NCBI GenBank assembly: GCA_964016885.1
Contig: OZ024745.1
Location: 44,454,001-44,518,000 of the forward strand
DNA: 64,000 nt
Direction: 5' to 3'
Source of the DNA: Eledone cirrhosa
Lineage: Eukaryota
The position numbers and the translations under genes were made by a program. Positions 40,269-52,457 of the stretch are shown piece by piece; position 1 is the stretch's first letter, and every line of letters begins with the position of its first letter. The notes below the pieces were generated by a model. That model saw only the letters and a program-made list of their open reading frames with translations. It was not told where the DNA came from and did no database searches.

Positions 40269-40940
40269 ATTAACACTCAGTTATATAAGGTACGTTTTGG
40301 TTTGGGTGTAATTTACAGCAATTCTTTAAAGTTTTGGCACATTTTCATTTGTACAGATAAACAGACAGTTGTATGTTCTGAATTAAAAACAACTTCGATA
40401 TAATTCTGGGGAATAACTACTTGAAAATTGTGTTGTGCACTGCAGAAATCTCTAGTGGCTTATGATACCCAAATACGCTAGCCATAAAACGGAAAAAATT
40501 TACAATTTTAAAATCTCTCTCTCTCTCCTATATTCCAACACCTTCTCTACTCAGCCTGCTGCAGCTTATTTCTGGTTATAACATCAAATATTTTTCTAAA
40601 ATCATCTGAATTTTCTCCAGCTTGTAAGTATTACTTCATTGTAAATGTCTGTACACATTTGTTAACCATATTTTATCCACATTGTCAATCTTCTCTTCAT
40701 TTTTTCTCCTTCCACTTAATACATTTTTTTATTTTGGTCAGAGTTAGTGGTTCATTTTACGAAAGTGTTTGGTGATGCTCATAAGGGAACTTGGGAACTT
40801 GGCTGTTTCAGTGTCTAAGCCTCGTTATCAGTAGCAGTAATGTCATGCTTGGAGTTGTTTTCCTCTAATTTTTTGTCTGTAAATTACATACTTGCAAACT
40901 GTTAATTTTTTATAAATAAAATATATGCTTTTTGCTGAAG

Positions 40941-41021
<81 letters not shown>

Positions 41022-41080
41022 CTTCTTCTTCTTCTTCTTCACCACCACCACCACCACCGCTGCTGCCGCCACCACCACTA
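40941..41080. repeat. Compound trinucleotide microsatellite (CTA)n(CTT)n(CAC)n
   Basis: Direct read. Confidence 0.95.
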
Positions 41081-41507
41081 ATATCTCAGACATTCTAGGG
41101 ACCAGCATCTTGCTTACATCCTTTTACAGAGGAAAACCAGGTGTATTTTATTGTAGCACCAACACTAGGGAGGTTGTCATATCTTTGTCCAACTGACATT
41201 TTGCCTGGAAAATTTTCTACAGCTGGATTCCCTTCCTATCGCCAACCATTTTACAGAGTGCACTGGATGCATTTATCATGTAGATCACCAACACTAGAGA
41301 GGTTGTCATTAACACAACTGAAGAGTCCTCTCAACCCTTTTCTGGTTTGGCTTCAACAACCACCTTACAGGGTTTACTAGGTGCAATTTTTGTGACACCA
41401 ACACTAGAGAGCTTGTTATGTTAAGATACTCTCTACTTTTTTTAAGACATGCTTTACATCTCCTAAGAAATTAAATAAAGATACTCAAAAAATTTAAAAT
41501 AGTATAC

Positions 41508-41568
41508 CTTATAATCTTGGATAAAAGTTTTTGATTCAATTTGTGCAAAATGCTTCATTTTGTAAGGT
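41508..41568 (-). CDS. RPTP juxtamembrane exon: (R)PYKMKHFAQIESKTFIQDYK
   Basis: ttttctacag acceptor, aag|gtatac donor. Phase 2 to 0 bridges its neighbours, and the peptide resembles the pre-PTP P...F.......F..EY segment. Confidence 0.8.
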
Positions 41569-42629
41569 CTGTAGAAAATTGAATATTCTTGTTAACAAAA
41601 AGAAGGTATTTAGGTCTAAATTAGATTTTAATTTTATGGATGATCCAAACTTCATATTTTATATGGCATTAGCCTTGCTTCTGCTTGAAACCTTAATCTT
41701 CAAAATTCACATCAAGTTTCATTCATCATCATTTTTATTTCCCGTTTCCTTACTGGCATGGATTGGATGGGTTGTCACAGTCCAATAACAGGGAGGTTGG
41801 AGCAACCAATCTTGCTTATACATTCCATATTTAGCATAGCTTCTACAGCTATATGCCTTAACTTAGAATGTGTGCTGGATGCATTTATCATGATACCAGC
41901 ACTACCACTTTTATTGTGGTACCAACACAAACACTTTACAGGGTGTAGTGGGTGCTTTTTATTGTGGCACAAACACTAGAGATGTTGTCATATGCCAGGC
42001 CAGACCCTAATCCTTTATAAACTAAATTTATATTTTCTTTTATAAGATTCCAAGGAAGCTTCATCAAACAATAAGCACAATACTTTCTTCAAGGAAAACC
42101 ACATATAATATTTTTTTATAATGAACAAATGTTATTTTAAGGAGCCTCAAATTATTTGATGGGTTAAATCTGTAGTAGTGGCTAATAGATCATAGATTCA
42201 ACAATGACACTTCTAATTAATGGTTCCAATCTTATATATCATACTATTTGTTTCTTAAGCTTTAGCAGGCTATAAATAAAACTCATTGTTTTTCAATTAT
42301 AATGTCAGAAGAAAGAACATGACTAAATTATCAAATAATGTTAGTATATTGATTTCTAAGGTCAACACAAGCCCCAGCACTTGACTGGTGTTTTAGTTTT
42401 TTCAAAGGTGGGATTTGAATTCAGAACGTAAAAAGCCAGAACAAATTTTACTTGGTGCTCTACCAATTCATCATTCATAGTGTTAGTATATTATTTAAAT
42501 GAAACAATGACTTCAAGTCAGATGGAAACAATTATTCAACTTATTTTAAAACATCAGCCTATATACAACAAATCACAAATTGGTGAATGATGCAAAAAGA
42601 AAAAAGAAAGCAAAAAGAAAGAAGCTAAC

Positions 42630-42689
42630 CTTTCATTTGGTGGTGTTTTATAAGGTTTTAATTTCATAAACGAAACTTTTTTTGATGAC
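42630..42689 (-). CDS. RPTP juxtamembrane exon: (P)SSKKVSFMKLKPYKTPPNE
   Basis: tttttcag acceptor, ag|gttag donor. Phase 2 to 2. Basic residues follow the TM. Confidence 0.75.
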
Positions 42690-42811
42690 CTGAAAAATAT
42701 CAGAATTGAATTGATAAATACTGTGATAGCTAAAAAATCTTATGCAGCATATAATTCAATTTTTTTTGTCAACTGAAATTTTGGTCGTTTTCTCCCTTGC
42801 TGCTTGTTAAA

Positions 42812-42918
42812 ATAATTGTTTCTACTTTAGGCACAAGGCCAGCAATTACCCAGTGCATTACTGGTACTTTATTTATCCACCCCGTAAGGATGAAAGGCAA
42901 AGTCAACCTTGGCGGGAT
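42812..42918 (-). mobile_element. SINE 3' part (second SINE family)
   Basis: Reverse complement of ctttgcctttcatccttacgggg..aataaagtaccagt. Other copies at ~3030, 20250, 32415, 43435, 51160, 57195 and 60355. Confidence 0.75.
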
Positions 42919-43434
42919 TGTTAAAATAATGTTTTGTTAATGCAATTAATTTTCTTTTCATTATGGATACATTATCAATTGATAAAAAATTATTTTTGGC
43001 CCACCATGTCACGAATGGTAGCTTGCATTTAATTATATGTTATCCATGCTGTAGGCAGCCTTGAGATATTTTTACCAATATTAATCTTTTAATATAACTT
43101 CTATATTATGAAGCTGTTTTGCAAGTAAACAGAAATTAAGTATATTTTCCAGTGACACAATACAATATATCATACGATTAGATATATTTTTTTAATGACA
43201 ACATAATATGGAAAATATTAAAATCCTCTTATAATAGATATGACATTATAAGATGTAATACATTAAACTATGATGTAATACCTAGATACATAAAAAATAT
43301 TTCATTTCCTAACAAGTAATAATTCTTTACAAAGCTCAATGGAATATGGTCCCATATTCAATAGTACTGCTATTATATGTGTATTATATGTATATATATA
43401 TATTATATTATATGTATATTATATGACCCTTTAT

Positions 43435-43556
43435 AATCTGAGTTCAATTCCCGCCAAGGTTAACTTTGCCTTTCATCCTTACGGTGTTGATAAAATAAAG
43501 TACCAGTAATACACTGGGATAATTGCCGGCCTTATGCCAAAAGTAGAAACAATTAT
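43435..43556 (+). mobile_element. SINE 3' part, inverted relative to 42812-42918
   Basis: ctgagttcaattcccgccaaggttaactttgcctttcatcc...agtagaaacaattat. Confidence 0.75.
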
Positions 43557-43899
43557 ATGTATGGATATACGTGTGTGTGTATACGGTTCTTATATATTTG
43601 ATATATATTTATCCTTATCTTTGGATTTTAGTCTTCAAATTTATTATTATTACTATATATATATATATATATATATATAGTTTGTCTAGTTTGTGTATAT
43701 GTAAATCTTTATATTTGATAATCTCCCATAAGGTTGAGATGCAATTTGGGCAAAATGCGCTTTCTAGCAACCAGCCTACTAGCCGTAAGGCACCAATCCC
43801 ATTCTTTCTGACTTGACCACTGCCACGTCACAGTTCTTAGCCATTTTGAATTCGTTTCTGGCGGGGATCATTTAAGAAAAATCTTTGTCTAAGTGAGTT

Positions 43900-43982
43900 T
43901 GTTTCCTGATGAGTTCGAAGCTCGAGAATTTATCCTTGATAGGATATTTCCGAAAGCGAACGAAACCCTAAGGGTAGAAACG
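43900..43982 (+). ncRNA. Type I hammerhead ribozyme motif
   Basis: Stem I gtttc/gaaac; CTGATGA 43906-43912; stem II gttcg/cgaac, extended by tatcct/aggata; GAAA 43962-43965; stem III ccc-taa-ggg; GUA cleavage triplet ending at 43976. Confidence 0.85.
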
Positions 43983-44337
43983 TAATCCTGGTATGTGTAT
44001 ATGCATTTTTTCTTCTAACTTTAATTTTATACCTAATTGTGTATGGTTGACGATATATTTAATCACGTGCTATTGAAATGATATATAAATATTCTATGGC
44101 TGTTGATCGCGAATAAATGGCTATAGTTTATTTATCTATTATTTCTTCACAGGTGCCTTTTAATCTTATAGCCTGGTTTAATTGTTTAATTGTGGTTGAT
44201 TATGCTAATTGGGAGAGGAAATTGAGTATATATCTTATCAAATGATTCTAAGGACATAATTTATAGTATATATATATATGTACATATGTGTGTGTATACA
44301 TATATACATATATGGTAGTGTGGAAGATGGACATTAA

Positions 44338-44369
<32 letters not shown>

Positions 44370-44374
44370 ATATG

Positions 44375-44450
<76 letters not shown>

Positions 44451-44571
44451 AATTTATATCTAGTAACATTTATATACATACAGATACATATCAATGCTAG
44501 CAAATATATTGAATTATTTTTTAATAAGTTTCCAGAGTCCTCGCTATGCCTGGAAACTTACATGAAAAAAG

Positions 44572-44653
44572 ACTTTCCTGACGACGGAATGCTTTTCTAT
44601 ATATTCTTCGGAAAATATATTTACTCCATTCCAGAAACTAATTAGTTGGAAGT
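44572..44653 (+). ncRNA. Minimal type I hammerhead motif, copy 1
   Basis: Stem I actttc/ggaagt; CTGACGA 44578-44584; stem II ggaatg/cattcc (C.A mismatch at its base); GAAA 44634-44637; palindromic ctaattag as stem III; GUU triplet ending at 44647. Confidence 0.7.
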
Positions 44654-45116
44654 GATATTTTAGTAAGTAAGTCAATTTTATAATTTTTTTATAATTTTAT
44701 AATTTTCTTATCTTACGTCTCTCATATTATTGTTCTGCAACCCCATGCATTGAACCACAACGTTACTAAGGCAAAATCTATATATTTGCTAGCATTGATA
44801 TGCATCTGTATGTATATAAATGTTACTAGATATAAATTCTTTATAATTATCTCCAATTCATTTGTCGAGCAATATTGGCCATGACTGCTGCTATAGTAGT
44901 AGGCAGGCCGCTGTCTTATTAACAACTCGCTTTCCACTGATTGACCTCGATGTCACGTGATTGATTCTTTTTGAATTTGCCACAGACGTAGACGCAGTGA
45001 TTTTCTCAATGGCTGGGATTTCAGTCCACGCTTCGCTATTTTCTTTCCACTGAATTATATTTTTTTTAATAAGTTTCCAGAGTCCTCGCTATGCCTGGAA
45101 ACTTACATGAAAAGAG

Positions 45117-45198
45117 ACTTTCCTGACGACGGAATGCTTTTCAATATATTCTTCGGAAAATATATTTACTCCATTCCAGAAACTAATTAGTTGGAAGT
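45117..45198 (+). ncRNA. Minimal type I hammerhead motif, copy 2
   Basis: Same core as copy 1, offset by 545 nt. CTGACGA 45123-45129, GAAA 45179-45182, predicted cut after 45192. Confidence 0.7.
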
Positions 45199-45265
45199 GA
45201 TATTTTAGTAAGTAAGTCAATTTTATAATTTTTTTATAATTTTATAATTTTCTTATCTTACGTCT

Positions 45266-45336
<71 letters not shown>

Positions 45337-45436
45337 CACTGAATTTGTTTTGCAAGTTTTTTTATATGAAATCGTGTGCTGAAACAAATATTGTTATATT
45401 TGGGGAGGGTCATATTGTTATAATATTGCCAGAAAT

Positions 45437-45720
45437 AATAATAAAACACACTCACTGTTTGGTTTGAATTGGTTTTCACTTCTGTATATTTTATATCCTT
45501 ATAGTTAATTTAGCTGGCAATCAATGTTAATCATTGATTGACCAACAGTTAAAAATATAGATATAAGTATGATAGACTATATATATATATTTATATCTAT
45601 ATTTTTAACCGTTGGTCAATCAATGATAAACATTGATTGCCAGCTAAATTAACTATAAGGATATAAAATATACAGAAGTGAAAACCAATTCAAACCAAAC
45701 AGTGAGTGTGTTTTATTATT
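45437..45720. repeat. Long palindrome: 130-bp arms, ~2 mismatches, 24-bp spacer
   Basis: 45437-45566 is the reverse complement of 45591-45720. Confidence 0.93.
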
Positions 45721-45899
45721 ATTATCTAGCTGGTAGTATCTAGCCCCCTCCACTAGTTCCTACTCTTTACCTGTAAGAGTTGTGATGTTCCATGTTCCCA
45801 TATTCAAGGTTTGCTCCCTTACGAACCCTCTTTGGCATCTAAGAATATGCAATCAAGAACGCATTTGGGGTTCTTCTCTCTTCAGAGAGGTACATTCTC

Positions 45900-46332
45900 G
45901 CGAGGTAGAGAGAATATTTTGCTGATCTCCTAAACCCAACCACACAGCATCTTCTGATGTACATAAGGTACATCTGGGAGCAATGACTAATTTCTTGAAG
46001 GCTGAGGTCACAAGAGCAATTAAAAAGCTTGAATGTGGCAAGGCTGCTGAGGAGGATGAAATCCAGCCTGAGATGTTAAAAGCCTTAAATAGAGAAGGTA
46101 TTCACTGGCTGACTCATATGTGGCAGGTAGCCTGGATCTCTGGAAAGGCACTAGAGCAATCGCTGTCGGGAGTGATAATCCCAATTTTCAAAAAGGGAGA
46201 CAAGAGAGATTCTTCCAATTGTAGAGGAATCTCCTTGTTAAGCCCCCACGGTACAGTCTATGTTAAATGTCTAGCAAAGAGATGCAAGGAGATTGTCAAG
46301 TCCAAGCTAACTGATGAACAATGTGGTTTTGC
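45900..46332 (+). mobile_element. RTE LINE fragment
   Basis: GKAAEEDEIQPEMLK, IIPIFKKGD..NCRGISLLS and EQCGF. Same family as 52458-54356. Confidence 0.8.
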
Positions 46333-46461
46333 CACATATCCTCACATATCCTATGTTGTAGCTTACATTACATGATATATTATGTTCTAACTAATTGAAT
46401 TAAAAGGTAACAATATAGGATTCAATAAAGCTGAAATTCTAATGTAAAGTTGGATACTTAC

Positions 46462-46552
46462 GGTTTTAACAGAGTGATACCTATATAAACGACGACTATT
46501 ATAAACAGAAGAACAGCGATGATAATTCCAAACCACAAATAAATAGAGTTTT
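46462..46552 (-). CDS. RPTP transmembrane exon: (K)NSIYLWFGIIIAVLLFIIVVVYIGITLLK(P)
   Basis: ~25-residue hydrophobic run. tttatag acceptor, gtaagt donor. Phase 1 to 2. Confidence 0.88.
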
Positions 46553-46899
46553 CTATAAATATAGAATAGAAACAAATTATGTAATAAAAGTATATAAGAT
46601 ATTTGGAGTATTGACAAATTTTTCCTCAGGTACTAGGCCACATTTTGGGACTGAGTTGTCTGTCCATTGAAGATTGGAAACCACTGTGAATTTTAAGGGA
46701 ATTTGAAGTTTGAATCAAAAAGGACAAAGTTAAATACTGCTGAGCTCTACACTCATTGTATTTTCCATCTCTATTGTCTTTGTATATCTGGAATACTAAT
46801 ATTTAATATAATAATGGTGAGGCTGAATATCCTGTGAAGCTCATGTAATATTCTCCACTTTTTTATGTCTAGTTTTATATTATTTTATTATTATTATAT

Positions 46900-47500
46900 C
46901 CCCCCTCCTCCTGCATCAAACTACTTTGTCAGTGATTCATGTGTGACCTGTTGGAAGCAAGTCCACTGTCCCTCATGATCAAACCCTCTTTTTGAAGCCT
47001 AAAAATTGTTTTCAATCATCACAAGAAAGCTAGTTGAAGTTTCCACCAGTTTGAGAGCCTTAGTTACATAGGATTGCACAATCTGTATCTTCTTTATTTT
47101 CACACAAATCCTCCTAGCTATCAGATTGTGATCTGTGCCAACATCTGCCCTTTGGTAGCTATGAACATCATACAAGGATAATCTCCACTTAGTGCTAATA
47201 TAGATGTAGACAATCTCATTTCTGATGTTACCACACAGTGAAGTCTGTGTATACATCTGTGAGCAAATAATGTGTTACTAACATTAGTAGTACCAATAGT
47301 CTCTCACCACATGTGTCATTATTTAGTTGAGCATTGAAGTCACCCATCACCAGCTTCATCTCATGCTGCAAAGTGCTGTGGGACCATACATAAGATTTCT
47401 TGGCATGATCTCTATCATAAACGAAGGGACCAGGTTACCCCACAATATGATGGCAGAATATACTTGACCACATGCTAAACATGATCATAAAGACAACATT
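46900..47500 (-). mobile_element. Decayed RTE/BovB-like endonuclease remnant
   Basis: DVHSYQRADVGTDHNL (APE SDH-like motif) and GDFNA. Boundaries approximate. Confidence 0.55.
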
Positions 47501-48066
47501 GAAAGTCTTCTTTGAGTGGAATCAAGGAGGGCTTAATGGGCATGCCAGACCTATTCTGATTGAAGTCTGTGAAGGAAGACCTGGCAAATTTAAATCAAAT
47601 CATTGTCAACATCATCATCATCACAATCATCATCAACAGCTAAGTAGCAGGGGCAGCAGCAGCATCAGAAGCAGCATCTTCATCATTACCATCATTATCA
47701 TCATCAACAGCATCATTATCATCATCAGCATCAACATCATTATCATCACCTTCATCATCACCATCATCATCATCATCAACATCATCATCATCATGATGCT
47801 TTCAACAGCTTTTCCAGACAAACACAAATAGTTCAGTTGCATAGTTGTATCCTCACTTTTCTCTTTCTTCAACTCTCTCAGCAAAACAGTAATTAATTCT
47901 CCTGTTGGAAATAGCAGCCAAATTTCACTCAAACTAAATCCTATTGTCTTATGAAAACAAGAACACATTGGAATAAATGGATCCTTATACAGTGTGCTTG
48001 GAAAAAGATAGGATAGTTATTGCTGGAATACCTTCCATCATATGTCTGTTGAATGAGGCTGGACAG

Positions 48067-49665
48067 AGGCTAAACAACAACACCATTACCTAATTGTCCT
48101 ACTATAGGCTAAACAACAACACCATTACTTAATTGTCCTACTATAGGCTAAACAACAACACCATTACTTGGTTGTCCTACTATAGGCTAAACAACAACAC
48201 CATTACTTGGTTGTCCTACTATAGGCTAAACAACAACACCATTACTTGGTTGTCCTACTATAGGCTAAACAACAACACCATTACTTGGTTGTCCTACTAT
48301 ATGCTAAACACCACCACCATTACTTGGTTGTCCTACTATAGGCTAAACACCACCACCATTACTTGGTTGTCCTACTATAGGCTAAACAAAAACACTATTA
48401 CTTGGTTGTCCTACTATAGGCTAAACAACAACACCATTACTTAATTGTCCTACTATAGGCTAAACAACAACACCATTACTTAATTGTCCTACTATAGGCT
48501 AAACAACAACACAATTACTTGGTTGTCCTACTATAGGCTAAACAACAACACCATTACTTGGTTGTCCTACTATAGGCTAAACAACAACACCATTACTTAA
48601 TTGTCTTACTATAGGCTAAACAACAACATTACTTGGTTGTCCTACTATAGGCTAAACAACAAAATTACTTGATTGTCCTACTCTAGGTTAAACAACAACA
48701 CCATTACTTGGTTGTCCTACTATAGGCTAAACAACAACACCATTACTTGGTTGTCCTACTATAGGCTAAACAACAACACCATTACTTGGTTGTCCTACTA
48801 TAGGCTAAACAACAACACCATTACTTAATTGTCCTACTATAGGCTAAACAACAACACCATTACCTAATCCTACTATAGGCTAAACAACAACATTACATGG
48901 TTGTGCTACTATAGGCTAAACAACAACACAATTACTTAATTGTCCTACTACAGTCTAAACAACAACACCATTATTTGGTTGTCCTACTATAGGCTAAACA
49001 ACAACACCATTACTTGGTTGTCCTACTATAGGCTAAACAACACCACCATTACTTGGTTGTCCTACTATAGGCTAAACAACACCATTACTTGGTTGTCCTA
49101 CTATAGGCTAAACAACAACATTACTTGGTTGTCCTTTTATAGGCTAAACAACATTACTTGGTTGTGCTACTATAGGCTAAACAACAACACCATTACTTAA
49201 TTGTCCTACTATAGTCTAAACAACAACACCATTATTTGGTTGTCCTACTATAGGCTAAACAACAACACCATTACTTGGTTGTCCTACTATAGGCTAAACA
49301 ACACCACCATTACTTGGTTGTCCTACTATAGGCTAAACAACAACACCATTACTTGATTGTGCTACTATAGGCTAAACAACACCACCATTACTTGGTTGTC
49401 CTACTATAGGCTAAAAAACAACACCATTACTTAATTGTCCTACTATAGTCTAAACAACAACACCATTACTTGGTTGTCCTACTATAGGCTAAACAACAAC
49501 ATTACTTGGTTGTCCTTTTATAGGCTAAACAACAACATTACTTGGTTGTCCTACTATAGGCTAAACAACAACACCATTACTTGGTTGTCCTACTATAGGC
49601 TAAACAACAACACCATTACTTGGTTGTGCTACTATAGGCTAAATGACACCATTATTTGGTTGTCT
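48067..49665. repeat. 39-bp minisatellite, ~41-42 copies (ctaaacaacaacaccattacttggttgtcctactatagg)
   Basis: Direct read. Occasional shorter units. Confidence 0.97.
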
Positions 49666-49886
49666 TGTCATACATTTTGATATTCATAACACAATGGTGG
49701 TGATGCATTTTTCATATAAGGGCACGCACACACACATATGCACATGCACATGGAGACACACACATACAGACACAGATGCATACATATACACACACATACA
49801 CATACGCATGCACACATGCACACACATGCACATACACACATACTCGTGTACACACACACACACACATGGTACAATATTTTACTTGC

Positions 49887-50009
49887 TTTCAGTACATTGG
49901 TTTTCTTCCATCTCATAGTCCTCGTTACAAGTACATATTTTCCCTTCACAAAAAGCATTATCATCTCTACAAATGTCATCACCAGAGCATTCTGTACCAA
50001 GAAGCTTCT
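49887..50009 (-). CDS. RPTP Cys-rich module B, copy 1: KLLGTECSGDDICRDDNAFCEGKICTCNEDYEMEENQCTE
   Basis: 6-Cys EB-like spacing with CxC. 123 nt, phase 1-1, requires an aa|GCAAGT donor. Confidence 0.82.
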
Positions 50010-51321
50010 CTGAAAAAGATAAATGTGAAATATATTGGTTAGTTGACATCATTGTCATCATTTTATGACTACTATTTATGCTGACATGATTTGGACAGGT
50101 AGTCATAATTTGAGACAAGATGGTTCAGATATCATGCTTTTCTCATATGTTAATATTTTCGTTTGATTTCTATGGGTGGATACCCTTCTTAATGACAACC
50201 ACTTTACAGAGTGTACTGGGTCAATTTTCTCATAACACCAGCACTACCAATTTACAGAGTATACTGGAAAGATTTTCTCATAGCACCAGCACTACCACTT
50301 TGGTGTGTAGTGGGTGTATTTTATTATGGCACCATGACTGGCACTATACAGAGTGTATTTGGTAAACTTTATCATGGCCCAGCACTAGAGAGATAGACAT
50401 GTACTCAGCAAGCCTGAAGAGTTTTCTCTACCCTGTGTTATCTCTGATTGCAAACAACTTTTAAAATGTACTGGATGCATTTTATTTTGGCACCAATACT
50501 AAAGAGTTTGTCAGATCTTTAAATGTTTGTTGAAATTGAATAGTAAATGTCATAACATTAGCTTTCCTTATTTAAAGTAAGCAACTGATCATTATATCAA
50601 CTTGATTATATAAGTCAAAATAAAAAGAATCAGTATTTTGTGAAAACAACTAGAAGTAATCTATATAGCCTTTCAAGTTGTTGTGCACAAAGAATGCAAC
50701 AGGAATTCTTGCAAATTGATAGGTAAACTGAGCAAAGTACATAAAAGATACTGATATAAATATCTACATAAGCAGTGATTAGATGAACACCTGGCATCAT
50801 CACGCCTCTTAAATCTCACTCATTATCAATATCACCATCATCATTATCATTATCATGATCATAATCATTTTAATGCATATTTTACAATGCTAACTTTAGT
50901 TGATCAGGTCAGCAAAGCAAATCACTTTTTGTGGTTTGATCCTGTGACATCTCATTAACTTTCTCATGACAGACATAACAACTTTTTAAATCTTTCCTTA
51001 ATTTGTAATGAGGGCAACTATATGTAGAACTGTGTGTGCCTTTAACTACTTCCTTTTCTTAGCAATGATCAAAGATTAATGTTGTTTTTGAATAGCTAGT
51101 TGGCTGTGGAATACATCTTAACCCTTTAGCATTCATATTACTCTATATTTACTATTAGTTAACCTCGGCGGGATTTGAACTCAGTCTGTAAAGGGACGTA
51201 ACTGTGCTGCAAAGCATGGCGTCCGACCCTCTACCGATACTGCCAATCCACCGCCCTATATAATAATATATATATAATGAAAATTATTGTGTACAGTGTT
51301 CAGGTACACTACTGTGCTTAC

Positions 51322-51447
51322 TTTTTGCACATTTGTTGTCTTTGATAAAATACTCATCAAAACAAATACATTTCTTCTCTTTTGATTGTGGGCAGTATGC
51401 GTTTTTGGGGAGACATTCATTATGACATGGTTCATTTAAACCTGGCT
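51322..51447 (-). CDS. RPTP Cys-rich module A, copy 1: PGLNEPCHNECLPKNAYCPQSKEKKCICFDEYFIKDNKCAK
   Basis: 6 Cys. 126 nt, phase 1-1. tttcag acceptor, gtaagc donor. Confidence 0.87.
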
Positions 51448-51525
51448 CTGAAAGAAATATTAGGAAAATCAAATTAAAGAAATTGAATGATATTTTGTAT
51501 ATTTAAGGAAGGATATTGTTACATT

Positions 51526-52450
51526 TAAGGAATGATATTTTTATAATTGAAGAATGATATTTTGTATACTTGAAGAATGATATTTTGTATACTTGAAGAA
51601 TGATATTTGTATACTTGAAGAATGATATTTTGTATACTTGAAGAATGATATTTTGTATACTTGAAGAATGATATTTGTATACTTGAAGAATGATATTTTG
51701 TATACTTGAAGAATGATATTTTGTATACTTGAAGAATGATATTTGTATACTTGAAGAATGATATTTTGTATACTTGAAGAATGATATTTTGTATACTTGA
51801 AGAATGATATTTGTATACTTGAAGAATGATATTTTGTACACTTGAAGAATGATATTTTGTACACTTGAAGAATGATATTTTGTACACTTGAAGAATGATA
51901 TTTTGTATACTTGAAGAATGATATTTTGTACACTTGAAGAATGATATTTTGTATACTTGAAGAATGATATTTGTATACTTGAAGAATGATATTTTGTACA
52001 CTTGAAGAATGATATTTTGTATACTTGAAGAATGATATTTGTATACTTGAAGAATGATATTTTGTACACTTGAAGAATGATATTTTGTATACTTGAAGAA
52101 TGATATTTGTACACTTGAAGAATGATATTTTGCATACTTGAAGAATGATATTTGTATACTTGAAGAATGATATTTTGTATACTTGAAGAATGATATTTTG
52201 TACACTTGAAGAATGATATTTTGTATACTTGAAGAATGATATTTGTATACTTGAAGAATGATATTTTGTATACTTGAAGAATGATATTTTGTACACTTGA
52301 AGAATGATATTTTGTATACTTGAAGAATGATATTTGTATACTTGAAGAATGATATTTGTATACTTGAAGAATGATATTTGTATACTTGAAGAATGATATT
52401 TTTACACTTTAGGAATGATATTTTTTACAATTTGAAGAATGATATTTTTA
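51526..52450. repeat. 22/23-bp minisatellite, ~41 copies (ttgaagaatgatattttgtatac)
   Basis: Direct read. The paralogous array at 57592-57790 has ~9 copies. Confidence 0.97.
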
Positions 52451-52457
52451 CAATAAA

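Larger units (their letters stand above)
44444..45266 (+). mobile_element. Non-autonomous Penelope-like/retrozyme-like element: two ~210-bp direct repeats, each with a hammerhead, plus an inverted 5' piece
   Basis: Direct repeats at ~44510-44720 and ~45051-45266. 44444-44508 is the reverse complement of 44781-44845. Flanked by (TA)n on both sides. Confidence 0.7.

Noticed and set aside
47472-47968. Poly-Ile/Met hydrophobic ORFs resembling TM proteins
   Set aside because: Derived from a degenerate (CAT)n microsatellite.
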